The position numbers and the translations under genes are program-made. The notes under the pieces are model-generated. The model saw nothing but the letters and a program-made list of their open reading frames with translations, was not told the DNA's origin and searched no databases. Shown piece by piece: positions 24,485-37,879 of a stretch of 64,000 nucleotides of DNA (position 1 is the stretch's first letter; each line of letters opens with the position of its first letter). This DNA comes from Malacoraja senta (taxonomy: Eukaryota), in the NCBI GenBank assembly GCA_038087875.1, contig JAXLNO010000143.1, positions 124,001 to 188,000 on the forward strand. The letters are read 5' to 3'.

Positions 24485-25379
24485 CTGGGGGGTGGGAAAG
24501 AAGAGCAAGTTGTCAACAACGCAAACTTCTCTCTCAAGGTTTACAATGTTCAAAGGGCCACGTGGCCCAATGTTTGTGCTGCTGTTCACAAAAGCACCAT
24601 GCAACTGATCGGCCCACGGCTCAACTGTTAGTGTGCGGGGATCGCTGATCGGTGCAGACTCGGTGGGCCGAAGGGCCTGTTTCCATGCTGTATCTCTAAA
24701 CTAAACTAAAGGAAGGATGTCAAAAGCCTAAGATAGACACAAAGTTCTGGAGTAATTCAGCGGGTCAGGCAGCATCTCTGTCTGAAAAAGGATGGGTGAC
24801 GTTTTGGGTCGGGACCCTTCGTCAAGACTTCAAGCCTAAGAATTGATTTCGACAGTGTCTAGAATTACAGTAAAGAGTAATTTGGAAAAGTTAGGAGTCC
24901 TCTCAGAACAGAGAAGGTAAAAGAGATGACCTATCAAACGTTGAAGTTTGTCGCAGGGTTTTACACGAGAAAGGTTTTGCTATTGAGGGATCAATAAACA
25001 GAGGTCACAGATTCAATACTGACAGGATCCAGAATATTCTCTGCAAAACGCTGCAGGAAGTGGATTCATTAATGATTTTAAGTGGATGGATACACAGGGT
25101 GTTGCTGCTGATACAACCTGAAGATTACAATGGAACGATGCTCTTTAGCAGAAGCTGCATCACTTTCCACACCTTGGTGAACAGGCGCTATGCAGGGGGA
25201 GGTTGTGGCGTCAAATGGCAGCAGCCTATTTTTTGTGTTTGTTTTTTTGTGTGTACATGTGTGTGTGTGAATGAATGGTGATTAGCTGCCCCAAATAACA
25301 GCTCAGTTCCCCTGATGTAACCCAGCATCTGGGAAATCTACAATCCTGTACAACACGTTCAGCTCCTGCCCAGTGTCAG

Positions 25380-26110
25380 TCCACGGCCCACTCACCCACC
25401 CACAGCCCACCTCACTAACAGCCCCTCACCTGCCCCAGTAACGGACCCTCAAACCCCACCCGCCCCATTTACCCTCCCCACCGTCAGCCCACTTACATGT
25501 CCCTCACCCCCTTCCCAGTAACAGCACATGTACCCACCCCATGTACCGACACCCGCCCCTTGTAATAGCCCACTCAACCTCACCCTGCTCCAGCTACGGG
25601 GTGTTCACCCCCACCCCCCAACATCCTACACTCACCCCCACCCCCAACATCCTCCACTCACCCCCCCAACATCCTCCACTCACCCCCCCCAACATCCTCC
25701 ACACCCCCCTCCCACATCCTCCACTCACCCACCCCCACACCCAACATCCTCGACTCACCCCCCCTCCCACACCCCCACATCCTCCACACACCCCCACCCT
25801 CCTCCATTCATCCCCCACTCACCCTCCAATCACCCCCCTCCCACACCCCCCACCATCCTCCACTCACCCCCCACATCCTCCATTCAACCCCCCCCTGTCC
25901 ACACCTTAGCAACATCCCCAATTCACCCAGTGCCCACGCCCAACATCTACCACCCACCCACCTTGTCCCCACCCTGGTTACATCCTCCACTCACCAACCC
26001 ACCTTGTCCATGCCCTAGTAACTGCCCCCATCTATCTGCCCCACCCTAGTAACATCTCCCACCCACTCTGTCCGCACCCTAGTAACACCTCTCACCCACT
26101 CATCAAGTGC
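25380..26110. repeat. C-rich low-complexity tract (ACATCCTCCACTCACCCC-like units)
   Basis: Degenerate tandem units; source of the Pro/His-rich spurious ORFs. Confidence 0.8.
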
Positions 26111-26268
26111 CCGCTCAGCCGCCCCACTGCCCAACTTCAATATGAAATCCCTAAAGCCTCTGTTCCAGCCCCAGACAGTGTGTCCTCTCTACCGATAGTG
26201 CAACGTGCCGCCCGTTAGCTATTCAGGATGAGGGACGTGGGGGGTGAGATGATGAACATTCCACTTAC

Positions 26269-26418
26269 CCTGCATCTCATCCTGGGAGGAGGAGCCAGAT
26301 GTGGACGACAAGTAGATGTTGGAAGAAGTGGAAGGCGCTGTCAGTATCCCCATCCTGCCGTATGCTCTGTTTAATTTCTCTTCGTAGCTGTCCACAAAGC
26401 TGGACGGCCTTGAGGCTG
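26269..26418 (-). pseudogene. SUN2: SUN2-like coding exon 3
   Basis: atccAG|...|GTAAGT, 150 nt, phase 1/1; ends YLSSTSGSSSQDEMQG, resembling SUN2 FLGSSSGYSSEDDYVG. Confidence 0.78.
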
Positions 26419-27980
26419 CTGGATGCGAGATACAGGTTACCAAGGCAAGTCATCACAGGAAAATATTACAGCACCTCATATTTCGCTTGGACACCTTACA
26501 ACCCAACGATATGATGTTGACCTCTCTAACTTCAAGTAACCCTTGTTTTCCCTCTCTCTCTCTCCATCCCTCCACCATCCTAGTTCTCCGGCCAGTTTAA
26601 CTGTCCTCCTGATTACATTTTATCTTTGTTTGCTTTGTTGTCAGCTTCCCCTAGCTAACAATGATCTATTCTACATTTTCCTTCATCTTTGTCCCCTTTG
26701 ATCTCTCGTTTTCACACCTTACCCTTCCAGATCGCCCTCTCCTCTGACTAAGTCTGAAGAAGGGTCTCGATCGAAACGTTACCCATTCTTTCTCTCCAGA
26801 AAGGCGTTTGACGGCACTGGGCCTGTATTCGCTGGAGTATAGAAGAATGAAGGGGAACCTCATTGAAACTTACCGAAAAGTGAAAGGTTTGGATAGAGTG
26901 GATGTGGAGAGGATGTTTCCACTTGTGGGAGAGTTGAGGACTAGAGTTTATAGCATCAAAATTAAACAACGCTCCTTTTGGAAGGAGATAAGGAGGAATG
27001 TCTTTAGTCAGAGGGTGGTGAATCTTTGGCACAGAAGCGTGTGGAGGCTAATCAGTGGATATTTTTAATGCAAGATAGATAGATTCTTGATTAGTACGGG
27101 TGTCAGGGGTTACGGGGAGAAGGCAGGAGAATGGGGTTAGGAGGGAAAGATAGATCAGCCATGATTGAATGGCGGACTAGACTTGATGGGACACATGGAC
27201 TAATTCTGCTCCTATCACTTATGACCTCATGCTGCCTGTCCCGCTGAGATACCCCAGCATTTTGTGTCTATCTTTAGTGTAAACCAGCATCTGCAGTTCC
27301 TTCCTCTAAAGGAAGGTATAATCCCTCGCCTCTCAGTAACTGCAGCTCGGTGTCGGTCACCTCCCACCACCAGGGGGCATCAGACCCCGACCCAGAGCTC
27401 CCCACAGTAACTGAACCGTGTGTGTTACCACACACAGGCCCCACAGCAGAGCGGCAGTGCGCCCCTCTCCTGTCCGCACGCCCGCCTCCCAGCGGGATAG
27501 GCAAAGTCTCACAGCAGCTGTGTGATGATCGCTGGTCAGCGCCGACTCGTTGGACCAAAGGGCTCGTTTCGAACTAAAACTGAGATACTGTAGCACGAGT
27601 CTCCGACGTGCACCAGTGATTGCGATATTCTAAACCAAGGAGAAGCCCTGAACCAGTCTGTTGGAGGGAAGGGTTAAGGCTTTAAGAACACTGACGTCAA
27701 AATGTCATAAGTGATAGGAGAATTAGACCATTCGGCCCATCAATTCTACTCTGGCATTCCATCATGGCAGAACTATCTCTCCACCTGACCTCATTCTCCT
27801 GCGTCTCCCCGTAACCCTTGTACTAATGAAGAATCTGTCTATCTCTACCTTAAAAATATTCACTGACTTGGCCTCCACAGCTTCAGTGGCAATGAATTCC
27901 ACTGATTCACCACCCTCTGACTAAAGAAATGCGCCGGTGCCCTACTTCCACCCCCCGCGCTGCCCTCCCCGGACACGTAC

Positions 27981-28159
27981 CGACGGGCTCCTGCCAGCCG
28001 CTGCTGGTGCCGAGGTGCAGAGAGCGCTGAGAGAGCTTGGAGGCGTTGCTGACGTTGCTGATGTAGCTACTCAGACTGTTGACTGAACTGTTGGACGGCG
28101 AACGTTTGACACCAGGCACAGGTCCCGGCCACTTGCTGTTTGACCTTTTCTTGTGCAAC
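27981..28159 (-). pseudogene. SUN2: SUN2-like coding exon 2
   Basis: tttcAG|G LHKKRSNSKWPGPVP...GWQEPV G|GTACGT, 179 nt, phase 2/1, in frame with its neighbours; start resembles SUN2 TLKRKSSNMKRLSPAP. Confidence 0.75.
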
Positions 28160-28938
28160 CTGAAACGATAAAGGGCAACGATTTAGGATGGAGGCAGACC
28201 AGGACTGCGAAAGAGAAGCAAAAAAGTAACGATGATAAAGGAAACTGGCCATTGTTAGCCATTTGCTAAGTGAGAATGAGAAGCTGGTGCGACTTGGGTG
28301 GGGGAGGGATGGAGAGAGTCGCTTGTCAGAGCTGGGAAAGGGGGGGGGGAAGAAGATTGTTTCACGCGGGGAAGGAACATCATGACTCTCTCTCTCTCTC
28401 TCCCCCTCCTCAAGGAACTGCAGATGCTGGTGTTTAAAAAAAGTCACAAAGTGCTGGAGTAACTCAGCTGGTCAGGCATTCCCTGTTCACATTCCCTCCA
28501 ACATACCTCATGAGCCCATCAACCGAATGGCTTCATCAACAACTTATTGTCACGGCAACCCTGCCCTTGGCCTATGGAAGAAATACCCTATATCCGATCA
28601 TCCTCCACCTGAGATTCCAAGCAGGAAAGAAGAGGCTGTTGGAGCTTTCCTTGAGTTTTTGTCTAGAACTTTTTCCTGTAGGGAAAGGTTCAGTTGGGGT
28701 TGGGGGGAGGGGGGAATGGGGAATGGGAAGGAGGGAGGGGAGGGATTGGGAGTTGGGAGGCGGGGCTGGGGAGGAGAGGGTGGGGCGGGGAGTTGGAGTT
28801 GTGATACACAGCTCCCTGAGTGAGGTACAAGGGTGGAGGCTGCATCTTTACTGTTAGACAGGAGCATAGCTTAGAGAGGAAAGAACGAGAGGGAGGGGGG
28901 GTGGGGGAAGGAGACAAGAGAGAGTTAGAGAGACGTAC

Positions 28939-29060
28939 CTGACGGGAGTCTCCTTGTAAGAGGGAGCGCCGGATTTGGTGGAGCCTCCGCTGCTGCTGGA
29001 GGCATCGTCGTTGTGCTGGTAGTAGCCTTTGGTGGCCAGACGGGGACTGCGGCAGGACAT
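28939..29060 (-). pseudogene. SUN2: SUN2-like first coding exon (acceptor at 29126-29127)
   Basis: MSCRSPRLATKGYYQHNDDASSSSGGSTKSGAPSYKETPV+AG|GTACGT vs recalled human SUN2 MSRRSQRLTRYSQGDDDGSSSSGGSSVAGSQSTLFKDSPLR (same length). Confidence 0.87.
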
Positions 29061-29255
29061 CCTCACCGTAGCACCACCACCCCAAGCCTCAGCCCCAGCA
29101 CGGCACTGCCAGTCTTCCGCACTAACTGTGAGCAAAGAAAAAGACAGTGTGAGGGGCAGCCCTGCACTGGGCACTGGCACCATGCCCGCTGGCCCAGAGA
29201 GGGAGGGAGTGGGGAACACATTGTTGTCATCCTACACACCCTCCCTGCACATGGC

Positions 29256-30360
29256 AGGGCACATGGTATTGGGGGTAGAGTGCTGACATGGATAGAGAAT
29301 TGATTGGTAGACAGGAAACAAAGAGTAGGGATTAACGGGTCCCTTTCAGAATGGCAGGCAGTGACTAGTGGGGTACCGCAAGGCTCGGAGCTGGGACCGC
29401 AGCTATTTATATTATATATCAATGATTTGGATGAAGGGATTCAAAGTAACATGAACAAATTTGCAGATGACACAAAGCTAGGTGGCAGTGTGAACTGTGA
29501 GGAGGATGCTGTGAGAATGCTGGGTGACTTGGACAGAGTGGGCAGATGAATGGCAGATGCAGTTTAATGTGGATAAATGTGAGGTTATCCACTTTGGTAG
29601 CAAAAACAGGAAGGCAGATTATCATCAAAATGGTGTCAAGTTGGGAAAAGGGGAAGTACAACGGGATCTGGGGGTTCTTGTTCATCAGTCTACGAAAGTA
29701 ACCATGCAGGCAGTGAAGAAAGCAAAAGGCATGTTGGCCTTCATAACAAGAGGAGTTGAGTATTGGAGCAAAGCGGTCCTTTTGCAGTTGTTCAGGGCCC
29801 TAGTGAGACCACACCTGGAGTATTGTGTACTGTTTTGATCTCTAAATTTGAGGAAGGACATTCTTGCTATTGAGGGAGTGCAACGTAGGTTCAGAAGGTT
29901 AATTCCCGGGATGGCGGGACTGTCATATGCTGAGAGAATGGAGCGGCTCGGCTTGTATACTCTGGAATTTAAAAGTCTGAGAGGGGACCTTATTGAAACA
30001 TATAAGATTGTTAAGGGTTTGGATACATTAGAGGCAGGAAACATGTTCCCGATGTAGGGGGAGTCCAGAACCAGGGGCCACAGTGTAAGAATAAGGGGTA
30101 AGCCATTTAGAATGGAGATGAGGAAACACTTTTTCACACAGTGTTGTGAGTCTGTGGAATTCTCTGCCTCAGAGGGCGGTGGAGCCAGTTCTCTGGATAC
30201 ATTCAAGAGAGAGCTTGATAGGGCCCTTAAAGATAGAGGAGTTAGGGAATATGGGGAGAAGGCAGGAACTGGGTACTGATTGTGGATGATCAGCCATGAT
30301 CACATTAAATGGCGGTGCTGGCTTTAAGTGCCGAATGGCCTACTCCCGCACCTATTGTCG
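29256..30360 (+). mobile_element. CR1-clade LINE, 3' part, degenerate
   Basis: SGVPQGSELGP, KFADDTK and a CR1 tail. Confidence 0.9.
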
Positions 30361-32799
30361 GGGAATCTACAACTAGGGGCTAGAGGCGTGGGTGACAGGA
30401 GAATGATTTTACAGGCAACCTGAGGGGCAACCTTTCCAACAGAGAGTGGAGGGGACATGGAACGAACTGCCAGAGGAAGTGGTTTTCAGTGTTTAAAAGA
30501 CGTTTGGTGAGGGATACGGATTGGAAAGGTTTAGAGGGAAATGGGCCAAACACAGGCAAATGGGAGCAGCCCGGGAAGGCTCCTTTGTCGGCATGGACGA
30601 GGAGTAGGGCTGAAGGGCCTGTTTCTCTGTTTTGTGACTCTTTCAATGGAGGGTCGGTGACCTGACACATTAATGGGGTCAGACCTGCAAAGCCTACAAC
30701 GCGTCTCCCGTTTTCATTTCGGACTTCCAGCATCTGCGTGTTTTTATTTTTCAACAGGCTGGCGCCAGCCAGCACCACCTGCAGGGCCAACACTGCGTCC
30801 ACTCAACATGCGAGGCTGTGCCCAAACAACAGATAACATAGAAAATAGGTGCAGGAGTAGGCCAATCGGCCCTTCGAGCCTGCACCGCCATTCAATATGA
30901 TCATGGCTGATCATCCAACTCAGTATCCCGTACCTGCCTTCTCTCCATACCCCTGATCCCTTTAGCCACAAGGGCCACCTCTTAAATATAGCCAATGAAC
31001 TGGCCTCAACTGCATTCTGTGGCAGAGAATTCCAGAGATTCACCACTCTCTGTGTGAAAAATGTTTTTCTCATCTCGGTCCTAAAAGACTTCCCCCTTGT
31101 TCTGGACTTCCCCAACATCGGGAACAATCTTCCTGCATCTAGCCTGTCCAACCCCTTAAGATCTCAGACAACACAAGCCACAGGCCACGTGACAACTGGC
31201 AAAGCGTCCCAGAACACTGCACCTCAGTTTAGCTCAGTTTATTTCACTACAATGCTGAGAACTGTATTCTGCACTCTGTATCCACCCCTTTGCTCCACCT
31301 ATTGAACTTGATTTGGCGATTGTATTGATGAATATTTTTTATCTGATTTGATTGGATAGCTTACAAAACAAAGCTTTTCACTGTACACCAGCCCCACATG
31401 TAATAATAATAAAGCTAAACCTGAGGTACAGAAAGGATCCAGGCGCCTTGGCCCATCGAGTCCATGCTGACCATCAATCTCCCTTTCATACTAGTTCTAT
31501 GTACATAAGTTCATGTTCAAGGAGCAGAATTGCCATTCGGCCCATCATTTACTACACCATTCAATCATGGCTGATCTATCTTTCCCCATCATCTCCATTC
31601 TCCCACCTTCTCCCCATAACCACAAAGCTACCTCATTTTCACATCCACTCCCTTCCACACTAGGGACAATTAACAGAGGCCAATAAAGCTACAAATCCGC
31701 ACGTCTTTGGGACTAGTTATAACTAGCTGTATCAAGTGTCTAACTCATGGCTGCCTGCGCCCGCTGCCTGAACGGAAGATAGTTACAAATGCTTGAACAA
31801 TCACCATCCTCCTGCCCCTCGCTCTTCCCCCACTGGCCTGCAAACCCATTCCATTTCCATCATTTCTCCAGTTTCTTTGAGAAGTTCACCGGATCTGCTT
31901 CCTTCTCTGTTTCAGAGCAATTGTGACCAAAAACCAAGAAACCCAGAGGCAGCGCTGGTTGTTTCCAATCACTGTAGAGTTTAGGTAGAGCGCGGAAACA
32001 AGCCGTCGACCCACCGAGCAGCAATCCCTGCACATTAACTCTACCCTAAACACACTAGGGACAATTTTACATTTATACAAAGCCAATTAACCAACAAGTC
32101 TGTATGTCATTGGAGCTTGGGAGGAAACGGAAGGTCTCGGAGAAAACCCTCGAGGAGAACATACAAACTCTGTAAATACAGCACCTGTAGTCGGGATCGA
32201 ACTCTGGTCTCTGATGCCGCAAGTGCTGGAAGGCAGCAACTCTACACTGCGCCACCGTGCCACCCTTTTAAACCTGCACCGTCAACACAGTGACCTTGTC
32301 ATCCTGACACGACTTCTCCACACTCACTATCCTTTGTGATTTTACACGTCTCCCCCAACCCCTCCTACTCACCCCCACCAGCCTGCCCAAATGGCTTGTG
32401 TAGGAAGGAACTGCAGATGCTGCTTTACACCAAAGATGGACACAAAATGCTAGAGAAACTCAGCGGGACAGGCATCATCGCTGGAGCGAAGGAATGGGTG
32501 ACGTTTCCTGTCGACATCCTTCTTCAGACTGATGTCAGGGGTGTGGGAGATATCCTTATCTATAAACATAGATTTCCTTGTCTACACACTTCCTTATCTA
32601 TGTACCTCCCACTCCCGATATCTGTCTGAAGAAACATCTAGACCAGAAACATCACCCATTCCTTCTCTCCAGAGATGCTGCCTGTCCTGTTGAGTTACTC
32701 CAGCATTTTGCGTCTATCTAAGACAATACAGGGACCAGACAATCCAACTGGAACCAAGTGAAGCTTTACAGCCCCCACCTGACTGTGAGCTCAAACAAG

Positions 32800-33685
32800 G
32801 CTTCCTCCATCATCAAGTTCGCTGATGACACCACTGTTGTGGGACGTATCCCTTATGGGGATGAGTCAGAGTATAGAAGAGAGATCGAGCAACTGTCCAT
32901 ATGGTGCCAGCACAACAACCTGGCCCTCAACACCAGCAAAACCAAGAAACTGATTGTGGACTTTGGAAGGAGTAGGATGGGGACCCACAGTCCCGTTTAT
33001 ATCAACGGGTCGATGGTTGAAAGGGTCAAGAGCTTCAAATTCCTGGGCGTGCACATCTCTGAAGATCTTTCCTGGTCCGAGAACAATGATGCCATTATTA
33101 AGAAAGCACATCAGCGCCTCTACTTCCTGAGAAGATTACGGAGAGTCGGTTTGTCAAGGAGGACTCTCTCTAACTTCTACAGGTGCACAGTAGAGAGCAT
33201 GCTGACCGGTTGCATCGTGGCTTGGTTTGGCAACTTGAGTGCCCTGGAGAGGAAAAGACTACAAAAAGTAGTAAACACTGCCCAGTCCATCATCGGCTCT
33301 GACCTCCCTTCCATCGAGGGGATCTACCACAGTCGCTGCCTCAAAAAGGCTGGCAGCATCATAAAGGACCCACACCATCCTGGCCACACACTCATCTCCC
33401 TACTACCTTCAGGTAGAAGGTACAGGAGCCTGAAGACTGCAACGACCAGGTTCAGGAACAGCTACTTCCCCACAGCCATCAGGCTATTAAACCTGGCTCG
33501 GACATAACACCGAACTTTACTAGCCAATACTGTTATTTGCACTTTATCAGTATATTGATCATTGTGTATATATTTATAGAATGCCTTGTAGTAAATGCCT
33601 ACTATGTTCTGTTGTGCTCAAGCAAAGCAAGAATTTCATTGTCCTACCAGGGACACATGACAATAAACTCACTTGACTTGACTTA
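32800..33685 (+). mobile_element. Rex1/Babar LINE, 3' part
   Basis: IIKFADDTTVVG...KKAHQRLYFLR...LPSGRRYRS; (CTTGA)n tail. Confidence 0.9.
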
Positions 33686-33704
33686 AAGGGCCTGACCCAC
33701 GCAC

Positions 33705-34025
33705 TTTTATACATTTAAAGAAAGCACTTTCGTTTACCTGTCCCGTGTGTGAAATCCGTCCCCGTTATCGGCGTTGACGCTTCAGGAGCTGCTTTTAAAA
33801 TAACTCTAGCGCTGACATTGACGATTTAATAAAAATAAAAAACACACAAAACGCCGGTAGGAACGATTCATCAGCCAGCGCTTGTACTCCAACAAAATAT
33901 TAACTTGGACAAGGAAGGAGAAACCCGCGTTTTAACCCCACCCCCCCTTAAAGGCGCCAAAATCGCGCACACGGCCAGTGGCAGAATTACAGCGCGGCTG
34001 AAGGTAAGTTTTGTAACATACCTAC
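33705..34025. mobile_element. Terminal fragment of the MITE family seen at 55268-56310
   Basis: Close match to about 55990-56311; ends TTGTAACATACCTAC. Confidence 0.8.
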
Positions 34026-34029
34026 ATCT

Positions 34030-35135
34030 AATGGAAGAAAGGTATAGTGGCTAATTATCAGAGTGGCTTTAGAAAAGGGAGAGGTACTAATGATCCAGTT
34101 CTGTGCTTGGAAGATGATATAAGGAAAGCACAAGTCAAAAAATAATCTGTAGTTACCATATCTTTTGATGTAGAGAAGGCTTGCGATATGTTGTGGAGAG
34201 AAGGTCTTCTAATAAAGCTGCATTTAATGGGAGTAGGAGGAAATATTTTTAACTGGATAATGGATTTTCTCAACGGTAGAAGTATCCAAGTTAAAATAGG
34301 GTCAGACATCTCTAGTAAATGTGTAGTCGAGAATGGAACTCCCCAGGGAAGTGCGATAAGCCTGATCCTATTCTCAATCATGATCAATGATATATTTGCA
34401 AACATTCAACCAGAGATGGGGCGATCCCTCTTTGCAGATGATGGCAGCCTATGGAGAAGGGGGAGGAATATAGATTTTATCGTGGAAAAAGTACAGCAAG
34501 GGATAGCCCAGGTGGAAGAGTGGGGAGGGCAATGGGGTTTTAAATTCTCTATAGAGAAGACAAAGACAATGGTTTTCACAAGGAAAAAAATTAAAGAGGA
34601 CTATACGGCAACAATTTGGAAAGAGTAAAAGATTTCCGTTTCCTGGGGGTTCATTTTGACTCCAGATTAACATGGAGGGTCCACATTACAAAAATAATTG
34701 AAAAATGCAAAAAAGCCATCAATGTAATGAGATGCTTGGCAGGTTTAGAGTGGGGAGCAGATGTATTATCTCTTAAATGTATTTATGTATCACTGGTCAG
34801 ATCTAGACTAGAGTATGGCAGTATAGTTTATGGGTCAGCATCTAAGTCAGTGTTGTCTGAGTTGGACAAAGTCCAAGCGGAAGCTCTAAGAATCTGTATA
34901 GGAGGTGTGCGGACGTCACCTGTATGTGCACTACAGGTGGAAACTGGGGAGATGCCATTGAGACTGCACCGCAGACAACTAATGGCTAATTACTGGCTAA
35001 GCCTTAAAGGTCATGGAGAGAACCACCCAACAAAACAGGTAGTAAAGGAGTGCGGGGAGAGAGAGGTGGCTCAGTCTGGAAGCTTTGGCTGGGTTGGAGG
35101 AGTTGTGGCAAGGGTAGGAGGTACTGAAGCCTGAA
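34030..35135 (+). mobile_element. I/Nimb-like LINE RT fragment
   Basis: QSGFRKGRGT, FDVEKA, NGTPQGS, LFADDG, RSRLEYGSIVYGSAS; frameshifted. Confidence 0.7.
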
Positions 35136-37251
35136 GTCCCACACCAACAGTTTCAGGATCTGCTACTTTCCTACTACTATATTCTTGAAACCATTTGTGC
35201 AATCCTAATGCAACTGTAATTCCTCTTGCAGTACCATGGACTTTTCATAACAACATGATTTGACTGATGTCTTGTAGATTTACACAGTCCTCTCGTAACA
35301 GTCTTACAGAATTGCTGTATAATGAATGTTTTATGTGTATCCGTCTCTAAGCCTGTGATGCATCTGCAAAGTAGCCTTTCATTGTATCTACATCGTACAT
35401 ACGTACAACAATAAACTTGACATAAGTTGGGAAAAATTGGGATCGGGATCAAACAAGCCTGTGTCATCACATGTGCATGCCTGAGTGAGTTATTCCAGCA
35501 CTTTGTGTTTTATCCTTGAAGTTCCTCTCTTAACTTCTCATTTTCTCTGGAACAGTTGCATGACAGTATTGAGCAATATATATTTTGCAGTCTGCCATCT
35601 TTCCCTTCACTCTATCTTTTGTACTTGTGATGTATTGTATTGTGTAACATGCAAGTTAAAGCTTTTCACTGTACTGCATACACATGACTACAATAAACAT
35701 AAACCGAGGGCTGTCCTGTAAATTCCTGCAAATTAATTAACAGGATTAAGTAAACCATAGGCATTGGTTTCTCCCAGATTAACAAAGTGGCATCAAGGCT
35801 CAAGATCTTGTAGAATGCAGAAAATACATTATGGCAGCCCTTTATGAAAATGTAACAGCATGAATAATTTGTGGGAATCCTTGATCTATGGCTGTTCAAA
35901 GTGGAGGAGGACAACCAGGAAGGCCATTTGAACCCGGTCTCTTCAGGAAATCAAAGAGTGTCAAAAAATATCCTGTCCCCAACCTCATAAGCCATTCACT
36001 CATAAAGACATTCAGCAGCAGAATCTTTACCTTAGTCCAAGACCTACAGAATCAATTCTCTCAAAGCTGACAGAGATGGAATTGGAGCAGTTATCCTCTA
36101 CACCAAGAAATTGCCCATAAACAAGGGATATCAAAGTGGACATTGAAATATATCTCAACATCCCTGGAAGAGATCTTCCACAACACTCAAGTAGCTTGGC
36201 ACTCTTCATTCAAACGTACACTGCTTTCACCAGACTGAAATGCACTATTTACTATCTCCATAATGCACTGGAGTGTTTGTGGTAAGACTACTTTCACAAC
36301 ATATCCCAAACCTGTGGCCTCTACACCATAAAGGTTGAGGGCAATGGGTGCATGGGAGCACCACAACCTCCACGTTCTGCTCCATGTCAAACAAGGGGCA
36401 ATTTGGAAAGAACAGGAAATGCCAGCTCTGCCTGTGATGCCATTATTCTTTAGATCAATAAACAAATGTCTGAAAGATAATGTTTAGAATTAAATGTTGC
36501 TGTATCTGTTCCTGCCCTCATTGTTATGTGCAAGCACACTGGTCATTGGAAAATTGGAAAGGTCCCAAGACATAAACTCCTGCCTGATATATTAATGCCT
36601 TGCAAAGTCAAGGTGTGTCAACCCGTAAGATTTGTAATGCCACTTTTGATGAAATGAACACACCCAGCAGACTTGTGATTAGTCCCAGATTATTGGCAGC
36701 AGGATATGTACAGTTTTGCTTCTAATGACTATTTCCTCCTGGTGAGGTTCCTCACCAATATTCAAAAATTCCCATCAGTGATCTCAAATTGGACTAACTT
36801 TACAATCAATACCAAAGCTTGATGTCATTCAGAAGATGGTGACCATGGATAACACAAACCAATAGACATTGGGGGCCAGTTATGCTTTTCAATGTTGCAA
36901 CTAGTCATAGTCCTGAAATCAGAGATTGGACAAAGGTCAATGTTCCCATTGATGAAGAGGTGGATTGTCCTGGTTGTTCATTATTCAATCCTTTTACCCA
37001 ACCATGGCACAAATTGTCACTGTCAGTACAGGCAGCAAGAATGAGCCATTACTTTTAACCTGGAGGAATTGAAAGAAGGATTCTGATCTATTTCACTTAC
37101 CACACAGATGTATGAAACTGAAAGATTGGTTATTGCGATTTCTGACCTCGAAATAGACACATACTCATCCATTGATTATTCTTTAACTCTGAAAATTAAT
37201 TTTAAGGTTGTTTGCTGTCTCCTTCAAGTAGACATGATCAATTGAATAAGC

Positions 37252-37293
37252 ATGAATATTCTGGAGGAATTTAATAACGATAACAGATATTTC
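37252..37293 (+). pseudogene. PRDM9: Probable PRDM9 start and KRAB-A remnant
   Basis: MNILEEFNNDNRYF resembles the KRAB-A start (DAFKDISIYF); the EEW..WEK.RY.N core was not found. Confidence 0.45.
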
Positions 37294-37381
37294 CACAGAT
37301 ATTTTGCACTGGTAACTCAATGAAGATAAATACTTGAAGTTGTGGCCATAACAGATGGTGAGCATGTTTTATTTTTCACAG

Positions 37382-37503
37382 GATTAGACTACCAAAGCCA
37401 GAATTTATGACCAATCGGAGCAGAAGGTGTCCAACCCAAGTATATGAATCCAGCGAGTCAGATGAGGATTGGACACCTAAACATCTGACAAAAAATCCAC
37501 AAC
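37382..37503 (+). pseudogene. PRDM9: PRDM9 post-KRAB-A exon
   Basis: ttcacAG|..LPKPEFMTNRSRRCPTQVYESSESDEDWTPKHLTKNPQ C|GT, resembling GLRATRPAFMCHRR...EDSDEEWTPRQQ. 122 nt, one short of a phase 1/1 exon, implying a frameshift. Confidence 0.85.
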
Positions 37504-37808
37504 GTAATTTAAATCTGTTTGAAATATTAAATGCAGTTTTTCAACTATAATTGAATCTAATCAATTTGGCCGTTAGCCTATGGAATCTGTTGCAAGGGTG
37601 ATTTTATTCTTATCTTTGGAGTGGTGGAATATTTGTTAAATTGAATATATTTTTCCAAATGAGTTATTCATTAAGTACAAATTCACTTTTACTAATTTTT
37701 ACTTTTTGTGATATTTTGCTTATTTTTAATTCAATTACATTAGATATATCCAGAATTTCCAAACTATTGCTCCAAAGCAGCACTGATGTGTCACTTTTTC
37801 CCCCCAAG

Positions 37809-37879
37809 GATTCAGAATCTTTAAGCCTCCTTTTAAGAATGAAAGTGGCAAGAATACCAAAAGAAAGCTTGTCATAAAG
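37809..37879 (+). pseudogene. PRDM9: PRDM9 linker exon
   Basis: ccaAG|GA FRIFKPPFKNESGKNTKRKLVIK|GTAAGA, phase 1/0; KPPF resembles PRDM9 KPPW. Confidence 0.7.

Noticed and set aside
25528..26049. Pro/His-rich ORFs here and Cys/Val-rich ORFs at 57749-58108
   Set aside because: Translations of low-complexity repeats.
28939..29060. SUN1 assignment
   Set aside because: The N-terminal motif (MS.RS.RL...DD.SSSSGGS...K..P.R) fits SUN2 as recalled; the WWLG exon alone would not discriminate.
31740..31980. Shared bidirectional SUN2/PRDM9 promoter
   Set aside because: Position is plausible and a CCAAT is present, but there is no clear CpG island or first exon to support a call.
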